Shown: one piece after another, positions 1 to 6,800 of the stretch
How positions within the stretch are numbered: position 1 is the stretch's first letter
Layout: the number at the start of each line of letters is the position of its first letter
IMG/VR virus record: IMGVR_UViG_3300033170_000005
DNA length: 41,710 nucleotides
Reading direction: 5' to 3' (one strand)
From: a virus
Translations under genes and position numbers: made by a program
Notes under the pieces: generated by a model
Databases searched by the model: none
Told to the model about the DNA's origin: nothing
Seen by the model: the letters and a program-made list of their open reading frames with translations, nothing else

Positions 1-127
1 ATCACGCCGTTTGGCGAACTTTCCGAGGGCGAGCGGTGGGCCTTGGCGCTGCGAATCGCGGCCGAGCAGGTCGGCGAGCACGGGCTGATCGTTGTGCCGC
101 AAGAGGCGTGGGAAGGGCTCGACGCGG
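1..127. repeat. Terminal direct repeat, copy 1 (identical to 41584..41710); marks circular closure of the contig
   Basis: Nt 1..127 (atcacgccgtttggcg...ctcgacgcgg) match the last 127 nt of the window base for base. Confidence 0.97.
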
Positions 128-231
128 ACAATCGGACGGCGATCGACACGCTGGCCCGGGAGTTGCGGGTCGTGGTGTTGACGGCGGAGGCGTACCGGCC
201 GGGCGCGACGCCCGAGAAAGTGACGGTGTGA
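1..231 (+). CDS. 3' part of the junction-spanning ORF that starts at 41446; small protein with only the signature/Walker-B lobe of a Rad50/SbcC/RecF-type ATPase
   Basis: Frame 1 is open from position 1 to the TGA at 229..231 and continues the frame-1 ORF at the window end. The translation is ITPFGELSEGERWALALRIAAEQVGEHGLIVVPQEAWEGLDADN. It has an LSxGE signature-like motif and, about 20 aa later, hhhh-QE-xxx-LD in the Walker B/D-loop position. Confidence 0.5.
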   Translation: MTPFGELSEGERWALALRIAAEQVGEHGLIVVPQEAWEGLDADNRTAIDTLARELRVVVLTAEAYRPGATPEKVTV

Positions 232-251
232 CATGAAAAAAGACCACGGCG

Positions 252-452
252 GTGATGACGGATGGGACGTACTCAAGGGGGCTATTGCTCGACTCGAAGA
301 CCTGGTTGGAAGGGAGGGCAGCCGCCATGACTGACCCAATCCCCTGCCCATGGTGCAAGCGGTTGTTCGACGATTCGCCCGATGAGGGCGGTGATTTCTC
401 TGACCGCAACCCGGCGGTCAGGCTGGAGCGTGAGGAGAGGCGGAAGCAATAG
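252..452 (+). CDS. Small hypothetical protein (likely start ATG 327, 41 aa, one CPWC pair)
   Basis: ORF track. A GGGAGGG Shine-Dalgarno sequence lies about 8 nt upstream of ATG 327. High GC3. Confidence 0.35.
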   Translation: MMTDGTYSRGLLLDSKTWLEGRAAAMTDPIPCPWCKRLFDDSPDEGGDFSDRNPAVRLEREERRKQ

Positions 453-458
453 GAAATC

Positions 459-671
459 ATGGAAGCACGGATGCAAGAACTCACCACCATCATCCGCACG
501 GCGGACGCGGGCAGCAGCGACATGCTCGACGCGGTGGAGGAACTCTACGACCTCGACCCGGCGGCCGTGGATGACGTTCTGGCGTGGCGTGAGATGGAGT
601 TGACGAAGCGGCCGAGGCAATTGACGGTGATCGACTGGCAGGGGCCGAGGGGCACGGAATTAGATGATTGA
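459..671 (+). CDS. Hypothetical acidic protein (70 aa)
   Basis: ORF track. It is packed tightly between its neighbours, and its stop overlaps the next ORF. Confidence 0.4.
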   Translation: MEARMQELTTIIRTADAGSSDMLDAVEELYDLDPAAVDDVLAWREMELTKRPRQLTVIDWQGPRGTELDD

Positions 672-688
672 CAGCACGGAGGCACATG

Positions 689-1438
689 ATGCCAACGGAA
701 AACCAGTTATTCAATACACTATCGACCGTGTTCCAGCCTGGCCCATGGCTGTTGTTGCCGCAAGTCCGCAACACGACCGGCTACAAGCGGCGAATCCGCA
801 CGGCCGACGCTTTGGCTGTATCAATTTGGCCATCGCGCGGAATCTATTTCACTGGTGTCGAAATTAAGGTGTCGCGGTCGGACTGGCTGCGCGAACTCAA
901 GGACGTCGCGAAGTCGTCCAACATCCAGGGCTATTGTCGCCACTGGTACATTGCGACACCGCCGGAAATAGTCGTCCGCACGGAGCTTCCTCCGACATGG
1001 GGCTTGATCGAATGCCGGGAAAAGACGGCGAAAATAGTCGTTCAAGCACCGCCTCTTGAGCCAGTTGCGCCGGGCGTGGACTTCGTGGCGGCGGTTTTAC
1101 GGGCCGCAACCAAGGCGATGGTGCCGCGCAATTCGACCACTGAATGGAAGCATCGCGTTGCCACCGCGCGAGACGCCGGCTACGAAGCCGGAAAGCGAGA
1201 CGCGACCGAGTCTGCTTCTCGCCGCCTTACGGACCTAACGGAAGCCATCACGCTGTTCGAGGAAAGTTCTGGCGTTAAGATCGGCAGCCGATGGGACGCT
1301 GGTGATATTGGCATCGCCGTGAAGGCCGCGCTCGCGATGCCGCAATGTAACCCGGTTCCTGACCTAACTCGCACGCGAGACCGATTGCAATCATCCTTAG
1401 CGACGATCGAACGAGTGTTGACGGAAATCACGAATTGA
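689..1438 (+). CDS. PD-(D/E)XK nuclease-fold protein, MmcB-like (DUF1052-like)
   Basis: The motif ...ADALAV...GVEIKVSRSDWLRELKD...YCRHWYIATP matches the D...E-x-K core and following block that I recall for MmcB family proteins. GGAGG at 678..682 favours ATG 689 (or 686) over the TTG at 668. Confidence 0.6.
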   Translation: MPTENQLFNTLSTVFQPGPWLLLPQVRNTTGYKRRIRTADALAVSIWPSRGIYFTGVEIKVSRSDWLRELKDVAKSSNIQGYCRHWYIATPPEIVVRTELPPTWGLIECREKTAKIVVQAPPLEPVAPGVDFVAAVLRAATKAMVPRNSTTEWKHRVATARDAGYEAGKRDATESASRRLTDLTEAITLFEESSGVKIGSRWDAGDIGIAVKAALAMPQCNPVPDLTRTRDRLQSSLATIERVLTEITN

Positions 1439-1455
1439 CAGCATGGAGGCCGAAC

Positions 1456-2283
1456 ATGGCTGGTGACTACATCCTCATTGACCACGAGATTTTCGAGAAA
1501 CCCGAGGTGATGGGAATCCATGAACAGACGGGCGTGGAGATCGACCTGATTGTGGCCCGGCTGATTCGGCTCTGGAGACTAGCCGATCGACAGACCATCG
1601 ACGGCTTCATTCCGTTCGCGGGTCCGCGTGCCCTGGCTCAGCAATGTGGTGGCGACGAGGCCCTCTGGCTTGCTGTTGTCAAGGTCGGTTGGCTTGTGCT
1701 GGACGAACGCGGCGCGACGATACCCCACTTCTCGGAGCGGTTCGGGGAGTCCGCCAGAAAGAGGATGAAGGCAGCGATTAAGAAGGCGAACCAACGGAAA
1801 GACAAGGGACGCAGCCGGGGACACGAACGGGGACAGCAAGGGGACAAGATGGGGACAGGACAAGGGACGGGACCGGGACACGACGAGGGACCGGAAGGGG
1901 TACTGTCCCCGCCTATCAAACATCATGTATCAGTATCAAGTGTTGACCATAAAGAGATTGTTTCCTTGCTTGAAGGCAAGAATAACGCTAATGGTTGCGC
2001 TACCAAGGGCGACGGCCGGGCCACCGCAGCCCGCCTATTCCGGGGGCATCTCCAGTACGCCGAGACAGACCGGCCGTTTCTGCTCGGCGTGGCCCGGCTG
2101 CTCAACGAGGGGCTGATCTCCGAGGACGCGGTGATCGACGCGATCGAGGCCGTCAAGCGGTCGACCAAGCCGATCGCGAACCCGGTCGGGTATTTTCGCA
2201 AGGTGCTCCGCGAGAACGTGGCGGCCGACTGTGGCGATCTCGACGAACTGTTGGCTCAAACCAAGCGTGAGGTCGTGGCATGA
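1456..2283 (+). CDS. Hypothetical protein, possibly a replication organiser (DnaD/YdaU-like), with a Gly/Gln/Lys-rich linker
   Basis: ORF 1435..2283. GGAGG at 1445..1449 is 6 nt upstream of ATG 1456. The position next to nuclease and RusA genes fits a replication role. The C-terminal ...NPVGYFRKVLRENV resembles replication-organiser C-termini. The function is weakly supported. Confidence 0.55.
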   Translation: MAGDYILIDHEIFEKPEVMGIHEQTGVEIDLIVARLIRLWRLADRQTIDGFIPFAGPRALAQQCGGDEALWLAVVKVGWLVLDERGATIPHFSERFGESARKRMKAAIKKANQRKDKGRSRGHERGQQGDKMGTGQGTGPGHDEGPEGVLSPPIKHHVSVSSVDHKEIVSLLEGKNNANGCATKGDGRATAARLFRGHLQYAETDRPFLLGVARLLNEGLISEDAVIDAIEAVKRSTKPIANPVGYFRKVLRENVAADCGDLDELLAQTKREVVA

Positions 2284-2423
2284 TACGCGAAGGCCCACCC
2301 CGCCGATTCGTGCCGGTGTTCCACCGTGGCAAACTCGGCCACATCGGTGGCCCGACGACATGGATCGAGACGGACGACGAGCGAGTGAATCAAATTGAAA
2401 TCGACGTGAGGGAAGGATTAACC

Positions 2424-3110
2424 ATGGGTAACTCCGTAACCGAACAACTCCGACGCATGGGCTGGAGCGAGGAGATGATCGCTCGCGCGAGGATAAACGG
2501 CAAGCCGGTGGCCGCGACGTGCCGGCCAGGTGCCGCGCTGCGTAGCATCACGTTCAGCGTACTCGGAGAACCCGTGGCCCGGCCACGCGAGCGAGCGCGG
2601 ATCGTCGGCAAGCCGGGCGGCAAGCAGTTCATTCAGCACTACACGCCGGCCAAGCATCCCGTGAACGCCTACAAGGCCGCGATCCAAGCCGCCTATCGGG
2701 AGGCTTCCCAGTGCGGCGCGCTGGACATCGGCGACGACGACGCCGTGACGCTGGAGGTGTGGTGCATCTTCCACCGCCCGGCGTGCATCACACGCAAAAC
2801 CCTGCCAAACCCAGCGCGGCGACATCGCGCCAAACCGGACGCCGACAACGTGGCGAAGTCGGTGATGGATGCGCTCAATGAGTTGGCGTGGCCCGACGAC
2901 GCGGTTGTGTCTGACCAGCGCCTCCACAAGCGCGTCGCCGCCGGCGGGCAACTCCCCCAAACCATCATCCGAATCACCGTGGAGTCGATCCATGACGTTG
3001 ACGACAAGCTACCTGCTGCGATGCAACAGGTGCAATCAAACCCGGGTAACCGTCGGTTCGTGCGAAAACTGCGGAAGCCCGGAATACTCCCTAATCGAAA
3101 GGAATCCTGA
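2424..3110 (+). CDS. rusA: RusA-family Holliday junction resolvase with a C-terminal extension
   Basis: KPDADNVAKSVMDALNELAWPDDAVVSDQRLHK matches the RusA catalytic block (compare E. coli RusA DLDNLQKAAFDAL...DDAQV). ATG 2424 has a GAGGGAAGGA ribosome-binding site. An upstream ATG at 2280 is possible. Confidence 0.8.
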   Translation: MGNSVTEQLRRMGWSEEMIARARINGKPVAATCRPGAALRSITFSVLGEPVARPRERARIVGKPGGKQFIQHYTPAKHPVNAYKAAIQAAYREASQCGALDIGDDDAVTLEVWCIFHRPACITRKTLPNPARRHRAKPDADNVAKSVMDALNELAWPDDAVVSDQRLHKRVAAGGQLPQTIIRITVESIHDVDDKLPAAMQQVQSNPGNRRFVRKLRKPGILPNRKES

Positions 3111-3312
3111 CATGAGCGACGAGCGAGAAATGGACAACGAGAACATGGCGACGATGGAGCCGGAGCAAGAGTCGCCGTGCCAAGAGTGCGAGGCGCCGGA
3201 GACCGACACGGCCGATGTCTTCCCCGCACGTGCGGGGATGAACCGAGATCATGAAGCTGAGCGAGAAGGTTCGCGAAGTCTTCCCCGCACGTGCGGGGAT
3301 GAACCGTGGTAG
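2992..3312 (+). CDS. Small zinc-ribbon (CNRC...CENC) / acidic ORF whose 3' end runs into the CRISPR mini-array
   Basis: Frame-1 ORF (track 2869..3312) with ATG 2992 and an internal ATG at 3111. GC3 is high up to the first repeat. The last ~95 nt are array sequence, so the true C-terminus is uncertain. Confidence 0.3.
   Translation: MTLTTSYLLRCNRCNQTRVTVGSCENCGSPEYSLIERNPDMSDEREMDNENMATMEPEQESPCQECEAPETDTADVFPARAGMNRDHEAEREGSRSLPRTCGDEPW
3217..3306 (+). CRISPR. Cas-less CRISPR mini-array: two identical 29-nt type I-E-like repeats flanking one 32-nt spacer
   Basis: GTCTTCCCCGCACGTGCGGGGATGAACCG occurs at 3217..3245 and 3278..3306. The spacer AGATCATGAAGCTGAGCGAGAAGGTTCGCGAA is at 3246..3277. 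Each repeat contains the perfect palindrome CCCCGCAC/GTGCGGGG and ends in ATGAACCG, versus ATAAACCG in the E. coli I-E repeat. The 29/32 geometry is canonical for I-E. Confidence 0.9.
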
Positions 3313-3406
3313 CGAGGTGTCCACGACACTGATTCTCAAGGCCGGCGAGTTTGAGTATCTCGACGCCGACGAGATCGACGCCTCGTTCACGGTGATACCG
3401 GACTGA
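3251..3406 (+). CDS. Possible 51-aa ORF that starts inside the spacer and reads through repeat 2
   Basis: My own translation: ATG 3251 ... TGA 3404..3406 gives MKLSEKVREVFPARAGMNRGSEVSTTLILKAGEFEYLDADEIDASFTVIPD. It is too short for the ORF track and may be fortuitous. Confidence 0.2.
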   Translation: MKLSEKVREVFPARAGMNRGSEVSTTLILKAGEFEYLDADEIDASFTVIPD

Positions 3407-3604
3407 CCACGACGCGGGCATGGCCGCCCGAACCATCGCACCGGCTGGCCACACGGGCCGGGGCTTTAACCGAATGAGGTGAAAAATGAAAGACCTATTG
3501 AAACAAGCCCACCAACACCTGATCGACGCGGACTGACACCCTCGAACCCGAAAACCAAGCGGAGCTTTTCACGGAATGACAACCAGAAATTCACGGAGTG
3601 AACC

Positions 3605-4003
3605 ATGGCCAGAACGGAATCCTGCCGATCGTATCTTCTCCCCAACGAGTACCAGCTGCTATCCGAGCCGAATCGCCAGCGCGTAACCGACGTGCTGTGT
3701 TTTTTCAAGCAGGGCGTCCCGCTGGCCGAACTTGCGGCCATGACGTGTTGCGATCCCGACGAGGCGCGGCGGATCATCGCCGACCATGTCGCGGCCGAAG
3801 CCGCCGGACGAGGCGTGCTGCTGATGGGTGCCGCCTGGCTGCCCACGACAGCCGAAATTGCGGGAGAGGCCAAGCGACTCACAAACGCACACCTCGCAGA
3901 GGCCGCCGGCAAAAGCGTCGGCCCGCGCGAGGTTCGACCGCGCGGCAATGTCCGCGTCTCCCTCGGCCACCGTCGCGCCGGAAAATTACCGAATAGCCCA
4001 TGA
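3605..4003 (+). CDS. Hypothetical protein, possible HTH regulator
   Basis: GGAG lies 7 nt upstream of ATG 3605. GC3 is high in this frame. The segment GVPLAELAAMTCCDPDEARRIIADH looks like a helix-turn-helix. TTCAC-type motifs flank the gene on both sides. Confidence 0.5.
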   Translation: MARTESCRSYLLPNEYQLLSEPNRQRVTDVLCFFKQGVPLAELAAMTCCDPDEARRIIADHVAAEAAGRGVLLMGAAWLPTTAEIAGEAKRLTNAHLAEAAGKSVGPREVRPRGNVRVSLGHRRAGKLPNSP

Positions 4004-4096
4004 TGGGGATATTCCTTCACGGTTTGGTGTGCAATCCTACGCGCTGTTGAGGTCGCACACCCGTTTCACCATTTCACTGTTTCACGCGAGAAAATT

Positions 4097-4564
4097 ATGA
4101 GTACCGAGACTCCCCTGCCCGCGAACTCTCGATCCGGAATCCTGACGAATCTCTCGGCGGCCCTGAAAATCATCCGCGCGCTGGGCCCGGCCGGCAAGGA
4201 GATCCTGGACTGCGTCCCGTTGCCCGACTGGCGCGACCGCGACGCCGTGCAACGATGGGCGATTCAGGTGATCGAGGTCGCCCAGGCCCTGGCCAAGCTC
4301 ACGCCGACGACGATCGACGACGCGGCCGCGCTGGCCGTCCGTCGCGTGCTCGAGGATTCGACCATTTGGGACGCCGTCTACCGTGAAGCGATCGGCGACG
4401 AGGCCATGGAGTCGGCCGCCGCGGCCGTGCCCGTTGGGTGGCGTGATCGCGTGGCGACGTGCTACGGCGACGACGCGGCCGACGATGCGAAAATCGACCC
4501 GCTGACCATCATCGCCATCGTCGAGGCCGTGATCGCCCTGATTAACTGGTGGCGCAATCGGTGA
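4097..4564 (+). CDS. Hypothetical protein with a C-terminal hydrophobic helix (holin-like candidate)
   Basis: ORF track. The C-terminus IDPLTIIAIVEAVIALINWWRNR looks like a membrane anchor. It is the first gene of the lysis-like block. Confidence 0.5.
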   Translation: MSTETPLPANSRSGILTNLSAALKIIRALGPAGKEILDCVPLPDWRDRDAVQRWAIQVIEVAQALAKLTPTTIDDAAALAVRRVLEDSTIWDAVYREAIGDEAMESAAAAVPVGWRDRVATCYGDDAADDAKIDPLTIIAIVEAVIALINWWRNR

Positions 4565-4674
4565 CGTGACGGATTCACCGCGGAGACATCAATCGTAAAT
4601 CGTATTCTTCGCGTCCTTTGCGATCTTCGCGGTGAGAGGTGAGACTCGTTTACCTTTTTTCCCTCGGAGGCCCC

Positions 4675-5418
4675 ATGAAACGCTCGATCCTCTCTCTGTT
4701 GTTGGTCGTCGGCATCGCGACGGCCGCGTGGGCCGCCGGGCCGGCCGTATCGATCGACGGGCCGGCCGACTCGTTGCCCGGCGATCTGGTCATTCTGCGA
4801 GCCGTCGCGCCGGAGGGCGCGGCGGTCGTCTGGCTGATTCGGCCGGCCGAGGCCGCGCCGCGATTTATTGTGCTCGAAAACGGTCGCGTGGCCATTTTCG
4901 CGAGCCGCACGGCCGGCCGGTATGAGTTCATCCTGGCCGCGGCCATCGACAATGTGCCCGTGTTGGCCGCTCACACGCTCGACAACATCGAGCCGGAGCC
5001 GCCGCCCCCTCCACCGCCCCCGCCTCCACCGCCGGAGCCTAATCCCTACGACGTGCCGACGGCCGAGCTACAGGCCGCCGTGGCCCCGGTGACGGCCGCG
5101 CTGGCTGAATCGCGCGAATCGGAGGGCGCAGTCGCAAATTTTCGTCGAGTCGCCGGCGTGTTTTCCCGGGCCTCGTCGATCGTCGTCGCCGGTGGCGCCG
5201 ATGATGTCGCCGGCATCCGCCGATCGATCGTCGAACAGGGTAAGGCTGAATTCGGCGATACAATTCTAGGCCACTACCCGGCCGCGTCGCCGGCGATCGA
5301 GGCCGTGCTCAAATCGCGGATCGGCCTGGAGAATCTGCAACTCTCGCCCGAACGCCGGGCCACCGCCGCCGCCACACTCTCGGCGATTGCGTGGGCCGCA
5401 TGGGAGGCCAGCCGATGA
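4675..5418 (+). CDS. Secreted protein with a signal peptide and a 12-proline linker
   Basis: GGAGG at 4666..4670 precedes ATG 4675. The N-terminus is MKRSILSLLLVVGIATAAWAAGP, and the linker is EPEPPPPPPPPPPPPEPNP. The stop overlaps the next start (ATGA). Confidence 0.65.
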   Translation: MKRSILSLLLVVGIATAAWAAGPAVSIDGPADSLPGDLVILRAVAPEGAAVVWLIRPAEAAPRFIVLENGRVAIFASRTAGRYEFILAAAIDNVPVLAAHTLDNIEPEPPPPPPPPPPPPEPNPYDVPTAELQAAVAPVTAALAESRESEGAVANFRRVAGVFSRASSIVVAGGADDVAGIRRSIVEQGKAEFGDTILGHYPAASPAIEAVLKSRIGLENLQLSPERRATAAATLSAIAWAAWEASR

Positions 5419-6371
5419 GTTACCGAACACCGAGACAGTTGCTCGACGCCTATCGTGCCGGCCTGCCCGGCGCGCCGCACGATGATGATGAAATCGAACG
5501 CTGTTTTGCTAGTGGCGCGACGACGCTGTTCAACGAACTGCCGTCGGCCGAAGCGCTGCGCGAAACGGGCGAAGGGAAACGGGCGCTACTCTGGAAAGCT
5601 CGAGAGAAATTCGACCCCGGCGCGTTCGGCCAAGAGTCGCAAACGACGGGCGACTGTACGAGCCACGGTTGCCGGAATGCTCGCGACGTATCCCGATCCG
5701 TCGAAATCGTGATCGGCGGCGAGCCGGAAGAATACCACGTTCGCGGCGCGACGGAACCAACCTACGGCGCGCGGGGCCACTCCGGCCAAGGCATGTCGCC
5801 GGCGTTGGCCGCGCGGTTTGTGAACCAGGTCGGCTCGCTGGGCCGGCTGAACTACCCCGGCGTGGTCGATCTGTCGATCTACCGCGCGAGCATCGGCATC
5901 GGTTGGGGCCGCTCCGGCGTGCCAGCCGCCGTCCAAAAACTCTGTAACGAGCACAAAGTCGGCCGCTTCGCCTCGCCGCGCACGGCCGCCGAATCGCGGG
6001 CGTTGCTGGCCGCCGGCTACGCGGCGCATTCCGGCCAAAATATCGGCTTTTCCACCAAGAGCGACTCGCGGGGAATCGCCGTCGTGTCTGGTCGATGGAA
6101 CCACGATATGGCGACCGTCGGTTATGACGACACCCGCGAAATCTATCCGGTCTGCGTTTGGATGATCGCCAATTCGTGGAGCAAATGGAACGAGCAGCCG
6201 CGCGTCTGGCCGGAAGACATTTACGGCCCCTGGCCGCATGGAATGTTCTTGGTGCCGGAGGATGTGTACGAGCGTTATTTCATCGGCTCGGGCGACATCT
6301 ACCACTACTCGGACATCGACGGATTCCCCGCGCGGACGATTCCCGATTTCGGAACCGCCGAGTGGCTCTAA
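5415..6371 (+). CDS. Papain-like (clan CA, C1-like) cysteine peptidase; endolysin/lysis-enzyme candidate
   Basis: The catalytic blocks appear in the papain order: QTTGDCTSHG (Gln...Cys), NHDMATVGYDD (His) and ANSWSKWN (Asn-Ser-Trp). Confidence 0.65.
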   Translation: MSYRTPRQLLDAYRAGLPGAPHDDDEIERCFASGATTLFNELPSAEALRETGEGKRALLWKAREKFDPGAFGQESQTTGDCTSHGCRNARDVSRSVEIVIGGEPEEYHVRGATEPTYGARGHSGQGMSPALAARFVNQVGSLGRLNYPGVVDLSIYRASIGIGWGRSGVPAAVQKLCNEHKVGRFASPRTAAESRALLAAGYAAHSGQNIGFSTKSDSRGIAVVSGRWNHDMATVGYDDTREIYPVCVWMIANSWSKWNEQPRVWPEDIYGPWPHGMFLVPEDVYERYFIGSGDIYHYSDIDGFPARTIPDFGTAEWL

Positions 6372-6412
6372 TTGTAACCGGCCGCAACGGCCACCAATCC
6401 AAGGAGAACCCC

Positions 6413-6688
6413 ATGAAGTCTCTCGCCATTCTCGCTCTGCTATTCCTCGCAACGCTGGCCTGCTCGCCCGCAAACGCGCAATGTCCGGCGTGCCCCGAGG
6501 CTGTCGTCTGGTCCGACACGCAAGTCGTCGAAACGGTGACGGTCACTGAAACGAAAGTCGTCGCCCCGGTGCGTGGCATACTCGCCGCAAAACCGGCTCG
6601 ACGTGCCGTTTCTGCTTCCGGTCGTCTGGTTCGCGGCGTCGGTCGCGTGGCACTCGCGCCGTTGCGTCTGCTGCGTTGCCGTCGATGA
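6413..6688 (+). CDS. Small secreted/lipoprotein-like protein (o-spanin-like candidate)
   Basis: AAGGAG at 6401..6406 precedes ATG 6413. The N-terminus is MKSLAILALLFLATLACSPANAQC (signal peptide with Cys). The C-terminus is Arg-rich. Confidence 0.5.
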   Translation: MKSLAILALLFLATLACSPANAQCPACPEAVVWSDTQVVETVTVTETKVVAPVRGILAAKPARRAVSASGRLVRGVGRVALAPLRLLRCRR

Positions 6689-6800
6689 TTTTACTGCGTC
6701 CCGCGCGGCGGCTACCCTCTCGGTCGCCGCGCGGGTTGTGTTGTTTTTGGCACTGGCGGTAACAACGGGCCGTGATGGATGCGGCCGAAGGGACGGACCC

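Noticed and set aside
1-127. Interpreting the identical ends as IS/LTR-type mobile-element repeats or a prophage att duplication
   Set aside because: An ORF reads through the junction in frame, both copies are 100% identical, and they lie exactly at the contig ends. Assembly overlap of a circular molecule is the simpler explanation.
2-523. 173-aa minus-strand ORF at the window start, and similar long antisense or off-frame ORFs: 5586..6473 (-), 9330..10220 (-), 18043..18771 (-), 10830..11498 (-), 31358..32026 (-), 29513..30157 (-)
   Set aside because: They are Arg/Pro/Gly/Ala/Ser-rich translations lying antisense to or out of frame with ORFs that carry recognisable protein-family motifs. They lack ribosome-binding sites. 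Such 'shadow' ORFs are expected because stop codons are rare in high-GC DNA.
3246-3277. Self-targeting: a protospacer for the mini-array spacer elsewhere in this genome
   Set aside because: Scanning both strands by eye found no match to the spacer or its reverse complement. This needs a computational search to be certain.
3307-3370. A possible third (degenerate) CRISPR repeat after a second 32-nt spacer
   Set aside because: The sequence 32 nt downstream of repeat 2 (aggccggcgagtttgagtatctcgacgcc) has no similarity to the repeat and no palindrome. The array has exactly two repeats.
3466-4020. 184-aa minus-strand ORF opposite the putative HTH gene
   Set aside because: The + strand frame (3605..4003) has a GGAG ribosome-binding site, high GC3 and the same orientation as all its neighbours. 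The minus ORF is Ala/Ser/Arg-rich with no ribosome-binding site.
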